DNA of 64,000 bases, taken from positions 49,081-113,080 of the forward strand of contig CAZXLW010000005.1 in the NCBI GenBank assembly GCA_964641465.1, written 5' to 3'. Below, piece by piece: positions 54,512 to 63,982 of this stretch. The stretch is from an uncultured Pirellulaceae bacterium. GTDB taxonomy: Bacteria; Planctomycetota; Planctomycetia; Pirellulales; Pirellulaceae. Each line of letters begins with the position of its first letter. Position 1 is the stretch's first letter. The translations under genes and the position numbers were made by a program. Below the pieces are notes generated by a model. That model was not told where the DNA came from. It searched no databases and saw only the letters and a list, made by a program, of their open reading frames with translations.

Positions 54512-55606
54512 TTACAATTTTGAAGCCCAGATTGAGCTTCGGTATCTGGTCGTCAGCAATTCTCGGGCGCGATTGGCTCGTTCGGTTTCTTTGAGCTGGG
54601 GCCAGATCTGCGTCAAGTTATATAGCGCTTCTGCGTGAGCATCGGCCTCTGTCGGGAATAGTAGCTCGGTATGCAGGAACGCCCGACATGCTTTCTTTAA
54701 ATCGCCCGATTTCACGTAGCAGGTTCCCAGCGCGTTGTAGGCAGAAGCAAACAGCTTGGTGTTGTCCGCGTTCTCGTCCTGGATGATCTTTTCCAACTGG
54801 GCGATTGCTGGCTCGAAATTTCCTTCCAGCGCCGCGATTTTGGCTAGTTGGCACGTGGCAAGCAATTTGTATTGCCGAGCATTGGCACTGCTTCCGTCCA
54901 TTCCGGCCAATGCCTGGTAGCTCTTTTTGGCAGACGCGAAATTGCCCTGGTGGACTAGCGTTTCACCTTCATAAAAATGTCCGCGAAGTTCATAGTCTTC
55001 CCATTGCGACTTGGTTAGCTTGTTGAATTCTTTTTGAGCTTGTTGTGTCTTGCCGTTGGCGACCAACAGTTGGGCATACAGTTCGACTACTGGGACCAGT
55101 CGATACGAATCACTGTTGGATTTGACGAAGCCTCCAACCAATTGCTCAGCAGCTTGAGTCGTGATTGCCGGATCGCCGCGCAGTGATTTCTTGCCGGATG
55201 CCATTGCCTCCAGGTACTGCATCTCCTGTTTTGCGAATTTAGATTTCGGAGCTTCATCAATCTTGGCGAGTGTTTTCAGGCAATCGTCGAACCGATCGCT
55301 TTCAAGATGATCCCGGGCCCGACCAATATTTCGAGGTTCGCCAGCGAAGCTGATCTTGTTGATTTCGCTGGCCGGAATTTCTTTCTGGGATCCGTTATCG
55401 TCGATCGTAACCTTGAACGCGGACGTCGCAACGACCTTCCCGCGAACCAGGCTGTTGCCACCCCGCTTGCCTTTACGATAGATATTATCTTTCTGTCCGA
55501 ATCCCACGGAAGCTGACAAAGAAACCGACACAACGACGATCGCCACAAGCATCGGTCGCACGGTGAAAGTTTGCTGGCTGACGTATGAATCAGATTGCAT
55601 TGTCAT
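54512..55606 (-). CDS. Membrane-anchored TPR protein of ExbB-ExbD-ExbD module 2
   Basis: 364 aa with TM 'VRPMLVAIVVVSVSLSASVGF', a short beta segment 'LVRGKVVATSAFKVTIDDNGSQKEIPASEINKISF', then clear TPR-like repeats ('GNFASAKKSYQALA', 'GNFEPAIAQLEKII', 'GDLKKACRAFLHT'). Confidence 0.75.
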   Translation of the reverse strand: MTMQSDSYVSQQTFTVRPMLVAIVVVSVSLSASVGFGQKDNIYRKGKRGGNSLVRGKVVATSAFKVTIDDNGSQKEIPASEINKISFAGEPRNIGRARDHLESDRFDDCLKTLAKIDEAPKSKFAKQEMQYLEAMASGKKSLRGDPAITTQAAEQLVGGFVKSNSDSYRLVPVVELYAQLLVANGKTQQAQKEFNKLTKSQWEDYELRGHFYEGETLVHQGNFASAKKSYQALAGMDGSSANARQYKLLATCQLAKIAALEGNFEPAIAQLEKIIQDENADNTKLFASAYNALGTCYVKSGDLKKACRAFLHTELLFPTEADAHAEALYNLTQIWPQLKETERANRARELLTTRYRSSIWASKL

Positions 55607-55624
55607 TTGCAGTTCCGTTGGTTC

Positions 55625-58600
55625 TTAATTCATGGATTTGATTTGTTGCGTCATTTTTGCCTCAAGCGCTTCGAACTTGGGTTTCCATTGCGGTCCGCCG
55701 AGTGCCGGGGTCTTGGTCTTGGCAATTTTTAAACGCTTCTGAGCCGCTTGCACGACTTTGGAATTTTTCTCGATGACGCCGTATTCAAACCGAGTCGAGA
55801 CAGCGGCGAAAACAGATTTGAAGTACGCGTCTGAAAGGTCCGGGTTCGATTTCAAAGCGTTGGCCAACTTGGTCCAGCCCCAGATCAGATTCTTCTCGCG
55901 TCCGTTATCGGGGTCTTTGAATCGTTCGGTACCGCCGAGGGCTTTGGCCAGCGGCTTCGAAGTTTTCGTTTGCGTGCCCCAGCGTTGCAAAGTCGAGGCA
56001 GCGTCCAATTGCAGCTGCCAGGAATTAGGTGTTTGCTTTAATAATGCGATCAAGTCTTTTATCGCGTCTTCGAATTTGCCGGACCCACGCTTGGCGAGGG
56101 CTTGCTGTCGTTTGAGTTCGCCCAACAATCGTGGTTCTTTGATACCCATTTTTGCCGCCCGATCCAGCGCGCTGGCCGCCGAAGCATAGAGCGATTTCGC
56201 TTCCTTTTCTTTGGACTGCGCGACGAACATGTCGCCGAGGCTCATGTATGTCTTGCCGGTCCAGATGATCGTGTTGGGATCCGTGGACTCGGACTGCAAC
56301 GCGTTGAGGAACTCGTTCAAGTTCTTGACAAACGCCTGTTGATCCTTGGGGTCTTTGATGGTGTCCAGTTGTTTTTCCAGCTCGACAGCAATCAAGCGAT
56401 ACATATTGCTGACATCTTTTTTCATTGCCTGGTCACCCGCCTTGTCGGCTCGGGTCTGCATCGCTCGAACAACCGCCAGCGCCTTGTCGGCCCAGTTGCC
56501 CGGTAGCGACTTGTCACCAAGAGCAGCCAGGTAGACTTTGCCTGCCGATTTGTATGTTTCGGAAACAAACAGGTCGCTGCGTCCGTTCTGAAACACAACC
56601 GGATGTTTCAGCTTGACAAGATCGACGGGCGCTATTGTTTCCGATTCGAGTTGTTTGACGGCGGCGCTGACGTTGCCGGATTCCAAATGCGCGTTTACCA
56701 GAAACAGCGAACCCCAGACAGCGTCCATCGACAGGTTGTCGCGCGTGAATGACTTGACTCCACTCGACAAATACTCGGTCGCGAAGTCGAGCCGTGTGGC
56801 CAATTGGTCGGTGTCTTCCTGTCCGGCTTTCTTTTTGCGTTGATAAACGAACCAGAGCTTGGTTCCCAGTTTGATATCCAACAAAGCTCGTTTCGGTGAG
56901 TCCGCCGGGATGCTGTCAATCAGTTGACTGGCCGTGGCGATTTCAGCGTCCGTCAGCGATGGCTTGGAAAGCAGCAACTTGGTCAGCGTCGATGTCGCCT
57001 CCGATGCCTCTGTCGAACCTGGCCATTGTCCGCTCACTTTCTGAGCCAGATCCTGCAATCGTTCTCGTTCAAAGTCACGACTTTCTGGATCCGCTTTGTC
57101 GTGCATCGCTGCATAGCTGCGGACGGCGATGCTGCCCGCCTGTTTGCTAAACGCGATCGTTGGATAACGACTGACCAGGAATTCGCCAATCAGGGCTGAT
57201 TCGAAATAGTTGCCGGCAACGAAGTGACAAATACTCTGCAGGTAACGGATCTGGTTTCGGTCTTCGCGAGTTGTCGTCGAATCCGCCAGCAGCAACGCTC
57301 GATCAAATGTTGCCAGACACGATTGGGTCCGCGATTTTAGTTGTCCTTCCAAATCAGACAGCTGTTCTTTGATGGCTGGGTCTGCCGATGGAGATTGCAA
57401 CTGACGCTTCGCATCACTGACGTCCGCAAACAGTCCTTCGATTTCCGTAACCAAATCGAGCCCACGTTGTTTCGCCTCGGCAAACGTATTAACCGGTTTG
57501 GAATCGACAGGTGCTCTCTCAGCCGTTGAGCTAATGTTGAGATTCCATTTTGCCATCAAGTCACGAGCTGCGTCACGATGTTTGCCGGGCAGTCGAGCCA
57601 GTCCCTTGATCAGCTTTGACGCGTCGCGGAAAAAGTTTTTGATGCGGCCGTCGCTGGGGTCGGTCAGTTTTAAGTCGGTAGCTTTGGCGTGGTAGGCGCG
57701 GGCCAGTTCCATTTGAATGCGTTGCCAATCTGGCTCTCTCAAGTCGTTTCGAGTCAACTTTTGGCTGATCGGTTCGACGTTGGCAATCACGTCGTTGAAC
57801 GGATACGGATCCGTTTTTGACCAGCAATCGGCGGACAGTGCGAGTGCTTGCCGCTTGATGCTTTTGAGCGAACCACTGCCCCCGAGCGCCAATAGCTCCT
57901 GGAGCAAATTCAATGCGGTCGTGTACGATCCCATTTTGTGATGGCATCGTGCGGCGAAGAAGCAGGAATAGATACCGGCGTGGTAGCGTGGATACTTCCC
58001 CCATAGTTCTTCAAACTCTGTGGCTGCTCTTTCAAGGCTTTGTTTTCGTTCAGGATTGTTGTCTTCCAGAGTGTCCGCATAACGTTCGACAATTTGCGGC
58101 ACGTTCATACGGACGACGGTGAAGGTCTCGCGTAGCTTTTTGAGTTTCGATTTCGAGTTTGCATCACGCAGGTCGACTTGGCTGTTGTCCAGAATGGTTT
58201 TGTAAGACGTTCGCGCACGGCCGAAAGCATCCAGTGCCTTTTTCAAGAACTCCCGTGCTTTGGCAAATTGTGATTCTTTTTCCCCGGCTGTCAGTCGTTC
58301 GTTGTCAGCCTGATTCAGATACAAGTTGGCTCGTCGGAACAGCAAGTCGCCCTGATTCTTTTGCGACTGCGCCTTCAATTCTGCATTGGCGGCCGACGAC
58401 TCGGATGCAGCCAGAAGTTTTTCCGCAGAATCAAGACGTTGTTCAATCGCCGCAACCTCTCGCATCCGAGACGTGCTGTCGATCAGAGTTTGCGCACGCT
58501 CAAACGGGAGCGACTGCTTGAACGCAGCCGACGCCAGTGGACTGGACTCCATGTCCTGCAAGTAGTCCAGCGCGATGTCGTGGTATCCTTGATCGCGGAG

Positions 58601-58705
58601 TGCCTGCAGGAAACGCTCGCTGGGTTCGTCGCCATGCGTGGCTGACAACGAACAAATTGCGCACAGTCCAATTGCAAAACGAGCGATAAACGCCGTAGGT
58701 TTCAT
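55625..58705 (-). CDS. Large secreted helical-repeat (TPR-like) protein, first gene of ExbB-ExbD-ExbD module 2
   Basis: 1026 aa with signal peptide 'MKPTAFIARFAIGLCAICSLSATHG'. It is all-helical repeat-like. The N- and C-terminal regions resemble those of the 833-aa protein at 2669..5170 by eye. Confidence 0.75.
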   Translation of the reverse strand: MKPTAFIARFAIGLCAICSLSATHGDEPSERFLQALRDQGYHDIALDYLQDMESSPLASAAFKQSLPFERAQTLIDSTSRMREVAAIEQRLDSAEKLLAASESSAANAELKAQSQKNQGDLLFRRANLYLNQADNERLTAGEKESQFAKAREFLKKALDAFGRARTSYKTILDNSQVDLRDANSKSKLKKLRETFTVVRMNVPQIVERYADTLEDNNPERKQSLERAATEFEELWGKYPRYHAGIYSCFFAARCHHKMGSYTTALNLLQELLALGGSGSLKSIKRQALALSADCWSKTDPYPFNDVIANVEPISQKLTRNDLREPDWQRIQMELARAYHAKATDLKLTDPSDGRIKNFFRDASKLIKGLARLPGKHRDAARDLMAKWNLNISSTAERAPVDSKPVNTFAEAKQRGLDLVTEIEGLFADVSDAKRQLQSPSADPAIKEQLSDLEGQLKSRTQSCLATFDRALLLADSTTTREDRNQIRYLQSICHFVAGNYFESALIGEFLVSRYPTIAFSKQAGSIAVRSYAAMHDKADPESRDFERERLQDLAQKVSGQWPGSTEASEATSTLTKLLLSKPSLTDAEIATASQLIDSIPADSPKRALLDIKLGTKLWFVYQRKKKAGQEDTDQLATRLDFATEYLSSGVKSFTRDNLSMDAVWGSLFLVNAHLESGNVSAAVKQLESETIAPVDLVKLKHPVVFQNGRSDLFVSETYKSAGKVYLAALGDKSLPGNWADKALAVVRAMQTRADKAGDQAMKKDVSNMYRLIAVELEKQLDTIKDPKDQQAFVKNLNEFLNALQSESTDPNTIIWTGKTYMSLGDMFVAQSKEKEAKSLYASAASALDRAAKMGIKEPRLLGELKRQQALAKRGSGKFEDAIKDLIALLKQTPNSWQLQLDAASTLQRWGTQTKTSKPLAKALGGTERFKDPDNGREKNLIWGWTKLANALKSNPDLSDAYFKSVFAAVSTRFEYGVIEKNSKVVQAAQKRLKIAKTKTPALGGPQWKPKFEALEAKMTQQIKSMN

Positions 58706-58833
58706 ACTCTTTTCCCGATGCTCTAGTGAGACTTCTATTATCGAGTCGCATGGTCAATATTTCAACGGCGAAGGTGAATCAGTTGTTGCGATATTGCGGT
58801 ACTTTTCGAGCAGAATCGCGGTAAAATTAAGTT

Positions 58834-60138
58834 ATGGATTTCAATCTTCAACCCGATTCTCATTCGACAAACCGAGCGAATGAACGTCCGCCCAACTATT
58901 TTTCTGCTTCTGTCAAACTGCGGCTGGCCACGTTGGTGGCGGCGTTGGGTTTGGTTTTTCTTGCGATGAACGAAGCCGGTAAACCCGCAACTTGGGAACG
59001 ATTGGGTTTCGCGGATTCAAACGAGCAATCGGAACAGCCTGCTGAGGCCAACGCCGGTGTGATCCAGGTCACAGAGCATTTGCCTCGTCGTCAATCGTCG
59101 GAAGATGTGAGTTCTACTCTCCAGAAATTTTGGGGGCAGCAGATTCTGAAGTTCGACAAAATTGAAAAGCAGAAATTGTCGGATCGTTTGCGGTCGTTGC
59201 AGTCCGGAGGATCCGAATCATTTGAAGGGTCGCTCGGTGGCGGGATTGAACGGGGACTCGAACAGTTTTTGCAGGAGGCCCGGGACGTCGATCCGGATTC
59301 GATCGAGATGGTGGAACGATCTGTCCGTTCGATTGTGGGGAAGTCCTCAAGTCATTCGGACGCCGATTTGCAACAGGTCCGCAGTGTGCTTGATCGGCAT
59401 GCCTACGGTTTGGTCGAAGATCGTTCTTCCATGAATCGTTCGGTTGAAAGCCTGGCCTGGAATCGGACCTGGGAGAATGTGTTTGACCAAGGCAATGTAG
59501 CCGAGTTCGAGCCCGTCTCGTATTTGCAACTATCGGGGCAACCAGGGGCTTATCGCGGGAAGCCAATTCGAGTTACCGGAATCGTACGCGGGGCACAGAC
59601 GTTGCCGCTTCCTGATGAACACAAGTTGGGCCTGAATGCTTATCAGGTTCTCTGGGTCAAACCAGTTGGTTCCAATCGAACTCCATTTTGTATTTACGCG
59701 GCCAAGTTGCCAGACGGTTTTCCAAACCCTGGCGATCAGTTTTTGACTCTTGACGAAGAGGTGGTTGTCGATGGCTACTTCTTCAAGTTGCGTTCCTATG
59801 AAGCGACCAATAATCAAGTCGAGATTTGTCCGTTGATCGTTGCCGACAAAGTCGTGTGGAACCAAAAGACTGACCAAGTCGCGGGAGCAACTCCATCATG
59901 GGAGCCTCCGCGTTGGTTGTTGGTCCTGTTCTTCGTCGGCATGCCGGTGTTGGCTGGGGTAATGGCGTTGAGCGTTTATCGGTCGACTCGATCGTTGCGT
60001 CGTTCGTATTCTGAGGTAGCCGAAGAAGTGGAGTCGAATCTTGGGCAACTGGTCAATGATCAGAGTGTGATGTCAGATCGCGAGCGGATGGCAGAGTTTT
60101 CCAGGTCGATAGATCGCACAGACCGCGAGATATCCTGA
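58834..60138 (+). CDS. Bitopic membrane protein (TM near both termini), unknown function; paralogue of the next gene
   Basis: 434 aa with an N-terminal TM 'LRLATLVAALGLVFLAM' and a C-terminal TM 'WLLVLFFVGMPVLAGVMALSVY'. The conserved block 'YRGKPIRVTGIVRGAQ...CIYAAKLPDGFP...VVDGYFFKLRSYEA...ICPLIVADK' is shared with the 482-aa neighbour. Confidence 0.7.
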   Translation: MDFNLQPDSHSTNRANERPPNYFSASVKLRLATLVAALGLVFLAMNEAGKPATWERLGFADSNEQSEQPAEANAGVIQVTEHLPRRQSSEDVSSTLQKFWGQQILKFDKIEKQKLSDRLRSLQSGGSESFEGSLGGGIERGLEQFLQEARDVDPDSIEMVERSVRSIVGKSSSHSDADLQQVRSVLDRHAYGLVEDRSSMNRSVESLAWNRTWENVFDQGNVAEFEPVSYLQLSGQPGAYRGKPIRVTGIVRGAQTLPLPDEHKLGLNAYQVLWVKPVGSNRTPFCIYAAKLPDGFPNPGDQFLTLDEEVVVDGYFFKLRSYEATNNQVEICPLIVADKVVWNQKTDQVAGATPSWEPPRWLLVLFFVGMPVLAGVMALSVYRSTRSLRRSYSEVAEEVESNLGQLVNDQSVMSDRERMAEFSRSIDRTDREIS

Positions 60139-61587
60139 ATGCGACATCAAGCGAAGGCACTGCGAACAATTGCCAGAGTTCGTTTTCTAAGAGTTTGTTT
60201 TCTGTGTGTGTTGGTGCTGATCCTGTTGGCGATCGGCAGTGACTCGGCGAAGTCTCAGGATTCGCCGGCTGCGTTATCCGGATTTTCGTCTTCCGAGATT
60301 TTTGACATCACCGATGGGCGACCGTTGAAGATGCAGGATCCTGCCTTGTCGAGATTGCTGTTTCGCGTCATGCAGACTTCTCGGACAAGCCTGCGGAAAT
60401 ACGGTCAAACCGATGCAGGTGTCGGTGTTAAAGAAATTCGGTCGAGCCCCAGGGATTACCGGTGTCATGTGATCTCGATTGCTGGTTTGGCGACCGATTG
60501 TCTGACGATCCAGAATTCTCTGGCGGAGGAGGGCGAGCCTAACCAGCGCATAGTGCTCGTTCGGGTTGAAACGGAATCTGGCGAGGAGTGCGTTGTTGTC
60601 CTGCCGGCCAGTAGGGCGGATTTTGCCAACCGATGGCTAGCGAGTGAACGGATCCATGAGCCGGTCAAGTTTCAAGGTTTCTTCCTTGCCGTTTATGATT
60701 TCCATGCGGACGCAGAAGCGGATGCGGCGTTGCAGGTTCTGAATCTGAAACAGGCGGAGTGTCCAGTCTTGGTCGCCAATCAACTGGAATGGTATCCCGA
60801 CGGGAATAGCCAGGTGGCGACCACCATGTCGGAACAGTTGCTCGCAAAACATCGCGTTGACATTGGAGAAAAAATTGGACGCATGAACGGCAAGATGACG
60901 AAACAGGATTCCTTGCCGTTTTATCAACTGTTGGCCGCAGCGGATTCAATCGAAGCAGTGGGTTTTCCGACTGCGGAACAAGTTAAATTCACGGATTGTT
61001 TGCAGCGACCGAGGCAGTGTTTTCGCAAGCCAGTTCAAGTCCGTGGCCTGGTTCGTCAAGTCACAGAAGTCAAAGTATCCGATCCGCAAATCAATGCCGA
61101 GTTTGGGCTGAAGCGTTACTATCAACTGCAAATGTTTGTTCCGCTGAAGAACCAACAGATTGTTGTTCAGGCACCTCGCTCGGATGCGAACGGGTCAGCC
61201 GATGAGAATGACGGCAAGATTCGTCACGAGAACCGATTCCCGGTGACTGTTTGCGTGGCGAAATTGCCTGCCCCGATAGAGGAAGTCGAAGGCAAGTTGG
61301 CTGCAGTCGAGGGCTTCTTCTTTAAGCTCTGGAATTACGAATCCGAGTTGTCTCGTTCCAAGTCCGCGAGCCTGAATCAGATCAGTCCGCTGATCGTCGG
61401 GCAACAACCCAAGTTGATTGCCGATAGCAGCCAGGATCTGAATTGGTGGATTGGATTGGCCGCGTTGTTGGGGATAACTGGTATTGCGATGTTGGCTTGG
61501 TTTTACCGGCCCACCGAACAACGATCGGCAATTCGTTCTGATCTGCCGGATTCAATCGAGATGCCAGGCGATGATCAGGTTAGTTAA
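60139..61587 (+). CDS. Bitopic membrane protein, tandem paralogue of 58834..60138
   Basis: 482 aa with an N-terminal TM 'VCFLCVLVLILLAIG' and a C-terminal TM 'WWIGLAALLGITGIAMLAWFY'. It carries 'FRKPVQVRGLVRQV...VCVAKLPAPIE...AVEGFFFKLWNYES...ISPLIVGQQ'. The ATG directly abuts the upstream TGA. Confidence 0.7.
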   Translation: MRHQAKALRTIARVRFLRVCFLCVLVLILLAIGSDSAKSQDSPAALSGFSSSEIFDITDGRPLKMQDPALSRLLFRVMQTSRTSLRKYGQTDAGVGVKEIRSSPRDYRCHVISIAGLATDCLTIQNSLAEEGEPNQRIVLVRVETESGEECVVVLPASRADFANRWLASERIHEPVKFQGFFLAVYDFHADAEADAALQVLNLKQAECPVLVANQLEWYPDGNSQVATTMSEQLLAKHRVDIGEKIGRMNGKMTKQDSLPFYQLLAAADSIEAVGFPTAEQVKFTDCLQRPRQCFRKPVQVRGLVRQVTEVKVSDPQINAEFGLKRYYQLQMFVPLKNQQIVVQAPRSDANGSADENDGKIRHENRFPVTVCVAKLPAPIEEVEGKLAAVEGFFFKLWNYESELSRSKSASLNQISPLIVGQQPKLIADSSQDLNWWIGLAALLGITGIAMLAWFYRPTEQRSAIRSDLPDSIEMPGDDQVS

Positions 61588-61982
61588 TGGGCACCAATCC
61601 ATACACGCCGCCAGATGCACCGATTGAAGTCGAAAATTCGCGTTCTGATCGGGACAGTCGATTCGGGTCCCGCCTGTTGTTTTTTCTTTCGGCATCGTGT
61701 TGCGGGCTTGCTTTGTTTGTTTTTGGGGCCGGGACTTTTTTTTGGCTTGCAATGACACGTGCCGGGCGCGAACCACATCGGATGGGTGACAGCTTCGATT
61801 TTTGGTCAGACGAAGCCATAATTCTACTGTCACTCGGATTCGCCGCGATCGGGTGCTGGTTTGGCTGGCGATTGATACGAAGGTCAGCCTGGTGGGGGCT
61901 CGTTGCAATCATGCCGAACGCACTTTGGATATTACTTCTGATAGGGACGGTTTTGTACGGGTTCATTCACAAACTGGGATGA
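61587..61982 (+). CDS. Small integral membrane protein (about 4 TM), unknown function
   Basis: 131 aa. The ATG overlaps the upstream TAA (TAATG). Hydrophobic segments include 'LLFFLSASCCGLALFVFGAGTFFWLAM' and 'WWGLVAIMPNALWILLLIGTVLYGFI'. Confidence 0.6.
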   Translation: MGTNPYTPPDAPIEVENSRSDRDSRFGSRLLFFLSASCCGLALFVFGAGTFFWLAMTRAGREPHRMGDSFDFWSDEAIILLSLGFAAIGCWFGWRLIRRSAWWGLVAIMPNALWILLLIGTVLYGFIHKLG

Positions 61983-62084
61983 ACGTTTACCACTTGCGTT
62001 TAGGATTAGGCTGCGAGATACTCGTTGATCCGATTTATCAAACAACGAAGCCGCGTTGCGGCGATGCACTAAGCGAGTAAGCAC

Positions 62085-63062
62085 ATGAAAGATCCAGTAA
62101 GAGTAGCCGTCACCGGGGCAGCAGGACAAATCAGTTATGGATTATTGTTTCGCATTGCTGCCGGCAATATGTTGGGCCCGGATCAACCGATCATCTTGCA
62201 GTTGATCGAAATCCCGCCGGCTATGAATGCTCTGCAAGGCGTGGTTATGGAACTGAACGATTGTGCGTTTCCGCTGTTGAGTGAGGTGGTGGCGACTGAC
62301 GATCCGAACGTTGGCTTTTCCGGTACGGACTATGCGATTCTGGTCGGTGCGATGCCGCGTAAGAAAGGAATGTTGCGTAAGGACTTGTTAGAAGCGAACT
62401 CCAAGATCTTTTCAGGGCAGGGCAAAGCACTGAATGACAACGCGAGCAAGGATTGCAAAGTTCTGGTCGTGGGGAACCCAGCTAACACCAACGCATTGAT
62501 TACAGCTTCCAATGCACCGAACTTGAACCCGCGAAATATTAATGCGATGACACGGCTGGATCACAATCGAGCGATCAGTCAATTGGCCACGCACACCGGT
62601 TCGTTGGCAAATACAGTTTCCAAGATGACGATCTGGGGTAATCACTCGGCAACGCAATACCCGGACATCAGCCAGGCAACGGTAGGCGGAAGTGCGGCCA
62701 GCGGGAAAGTTGAAGAAGCCTGGTACCGCGACACGTTCATTCCAGCAGTACAACAGCGTGGAGCAGCGATCATTGAAGCGAGAGGTTCTTCAAGTGCGGC
62801 GTCTGCAGCCAATGCTGCGGTTGATCATATTCGTGATTGGGTTGCTGGTACGCCGGACGGAGACTGGGTCAGCATGGCGGTTCCCAGCGACGGGAGCTAC
62901 GGCATTGAAGAAGGGCTGATTTATTCTTTTCCAGTGACTTGTAAAGCTGGTGAGTACACGATCGTGCCAGACTTGCCGATTGACGACTTCAGTCGTGAGC
63001 GAATGGACGCGACAATGCAAGAGCTAAAAGACGAGCGTGACAGCATCAAAGATCTCTTGTAG
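62085..63062 (+). CDS. mdh: NAD-dependent malate dehydrogenase (LDH-like type 2 MDH)
   Basis: 325 aa with '[23 protein letters not shown]', '[14 protein letters not shown]' and '[12 protein letters not shown]'. Confidence 0.93.
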   Translation: MKDPVRVAVTGAAGQISYGLLFRIAAGNMLGPDQPIILQLIEIPPAMNALQGVVMELNDCAFPLLSEVVATDDPNVGFSGTDYAILVGAMPRKKGMLRKDLLEANSKIFSGQGKALNDNASKDCKVLVVGNPANTNALITASNAPNLNPRNINAMTRLDHNRAISQLATHTGSLANTVSKMTIWGNHSATQYPDISQATVGGSAASGKVEEAWYRDTFIPAVQQRGAAIIEARGSSSAASAANAAVDHIRDWVAGTPDGDWVSMAVPSDGSYGIEEGLIYSFPVTCKAGEYTIVPDLPIDDFSRERMDATMQELKDERDSIKDLL

Positions 63063-63076
63063 ATCATCTGAGCTAG

Positions 63077-63107
63077 CAGGTTTCCAACAAGAACAGTTGG
63101 AAACCTG
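63077..63107 (+). terminator. Strong hairpin downstream of mdh (terminator-like, no U-tract)
   Basis: Perfect 12-bp inverted repeat CAGGTTTCCAAC / GTTGGAAACCTG with a 7-nt loop, starting 15 nt after the mdh stop. The sequence that follows is not T-rich. Confidence 0.45.
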
Positions 63108-63178
63108 AACGCAAAATACTGTTCGCGGAGTGCAGTTGACATCGCAAACTGAGTGTTTTACAACCTCGTCCTTGCGAT

Positions 63179-63982
63179 TTGACCCGAACGTCAGTCGATA
63201 TAGTGACGGCGATGAATAGAATAAAAATAAGTCCGCTCGCGGCCTTTCCCGCGAAGCCAATCAACCCTTCCGCTTCGATAAAATCTGCTCCTTCGAAAAC
63301 CAAAATTGCAACCGAACTGGAATCGGTTTTCGAATGTCAGAAGCATCCCAGCGCGACAGACAGTTGTCTGTTTGTGCCGTTGCACTACGAGAAGAACTAC
63401 GAGTATCCGCTGCTGGTTTGGCTGCACAACAACGGCGATGATCCGCAGCAGATTCATCGCGTGATGCCGCAACTGAGCCTGCGTAATTTCGTGGCAGTCG
63501 CGCCACAAGCGGCCTTGGGTGATCATCATTGTGGTTACTATTGGGATCAGGATCCGTCGTCAATTGATTATGCTGCCGACGCAGTACTCGAATCGATTGA
63601 CTTGGCTCGACTGCGTACCAACATCAATAGCAAGCGTATTTTCATTGGTGGATTCGGAGCAGCCGGAACGATGGCGTTTCGAGTTGCCTTGACGCACCCG
63701 GACTTGTTCTCAGGTATTGCGTCAATCAATGGTCCGTTGCCAGAAGGGTCGGCTCCGCTTGGTCGTTGGGGAAGTAGCCGGAACGTTGAAGTGTTCTGGT
63801 CGCACTGTCGCAAGTCGCAGGAATTTGAGCAAACGCAACTTTGCGAACAACTGCGGTTGCTACACATCGCCGGTTTCTCGGTCACGCTTCGTCAGTATCC
63901 TGGTGCGGATGAACTGACCGCGGCAACGCTAGCGGACTTGAACAGCTGGATCATGCAGATGTTCAATACTACGATTGCCTGA
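63179..63982 (+). CDS. Alpha/beta-hydrolase-fold protein of the phospholipase/carboxylesterase type, apparently lacking the nucleophile Ser
   Basis: 267 aa, with a TTG start at 63179 and an alternative ATG at 63212. It shows 'YPLLVWLHNNGDD' and 'RIFIGGFGAAGTMAF', where the family normally has GFSQGG. Confidence 0.65.
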   Translation: MTRTSVDIVTAMNRIKISPLAAFPAKPINPSASIKSAPSKTKIATELESVFECQKHPSATDSCLFVPLHYEKNYEYPLLVWLHNNGDDPQQIHRVMPQLSLRNFVAVAPQAALGDHHCGYYWDQDPSSIDYAADAVLESIDLARLRTNINSKRIFIGGFGAAGTMAFRVALTHPDLFSGIASINGPLPEGSAPLGRWGSSRNVEVFWSHCRKSQEFEQTQLCEQLRLLHIAGFSVTLRQYPGADELTAATLADLNSWIMQMFNTTIA

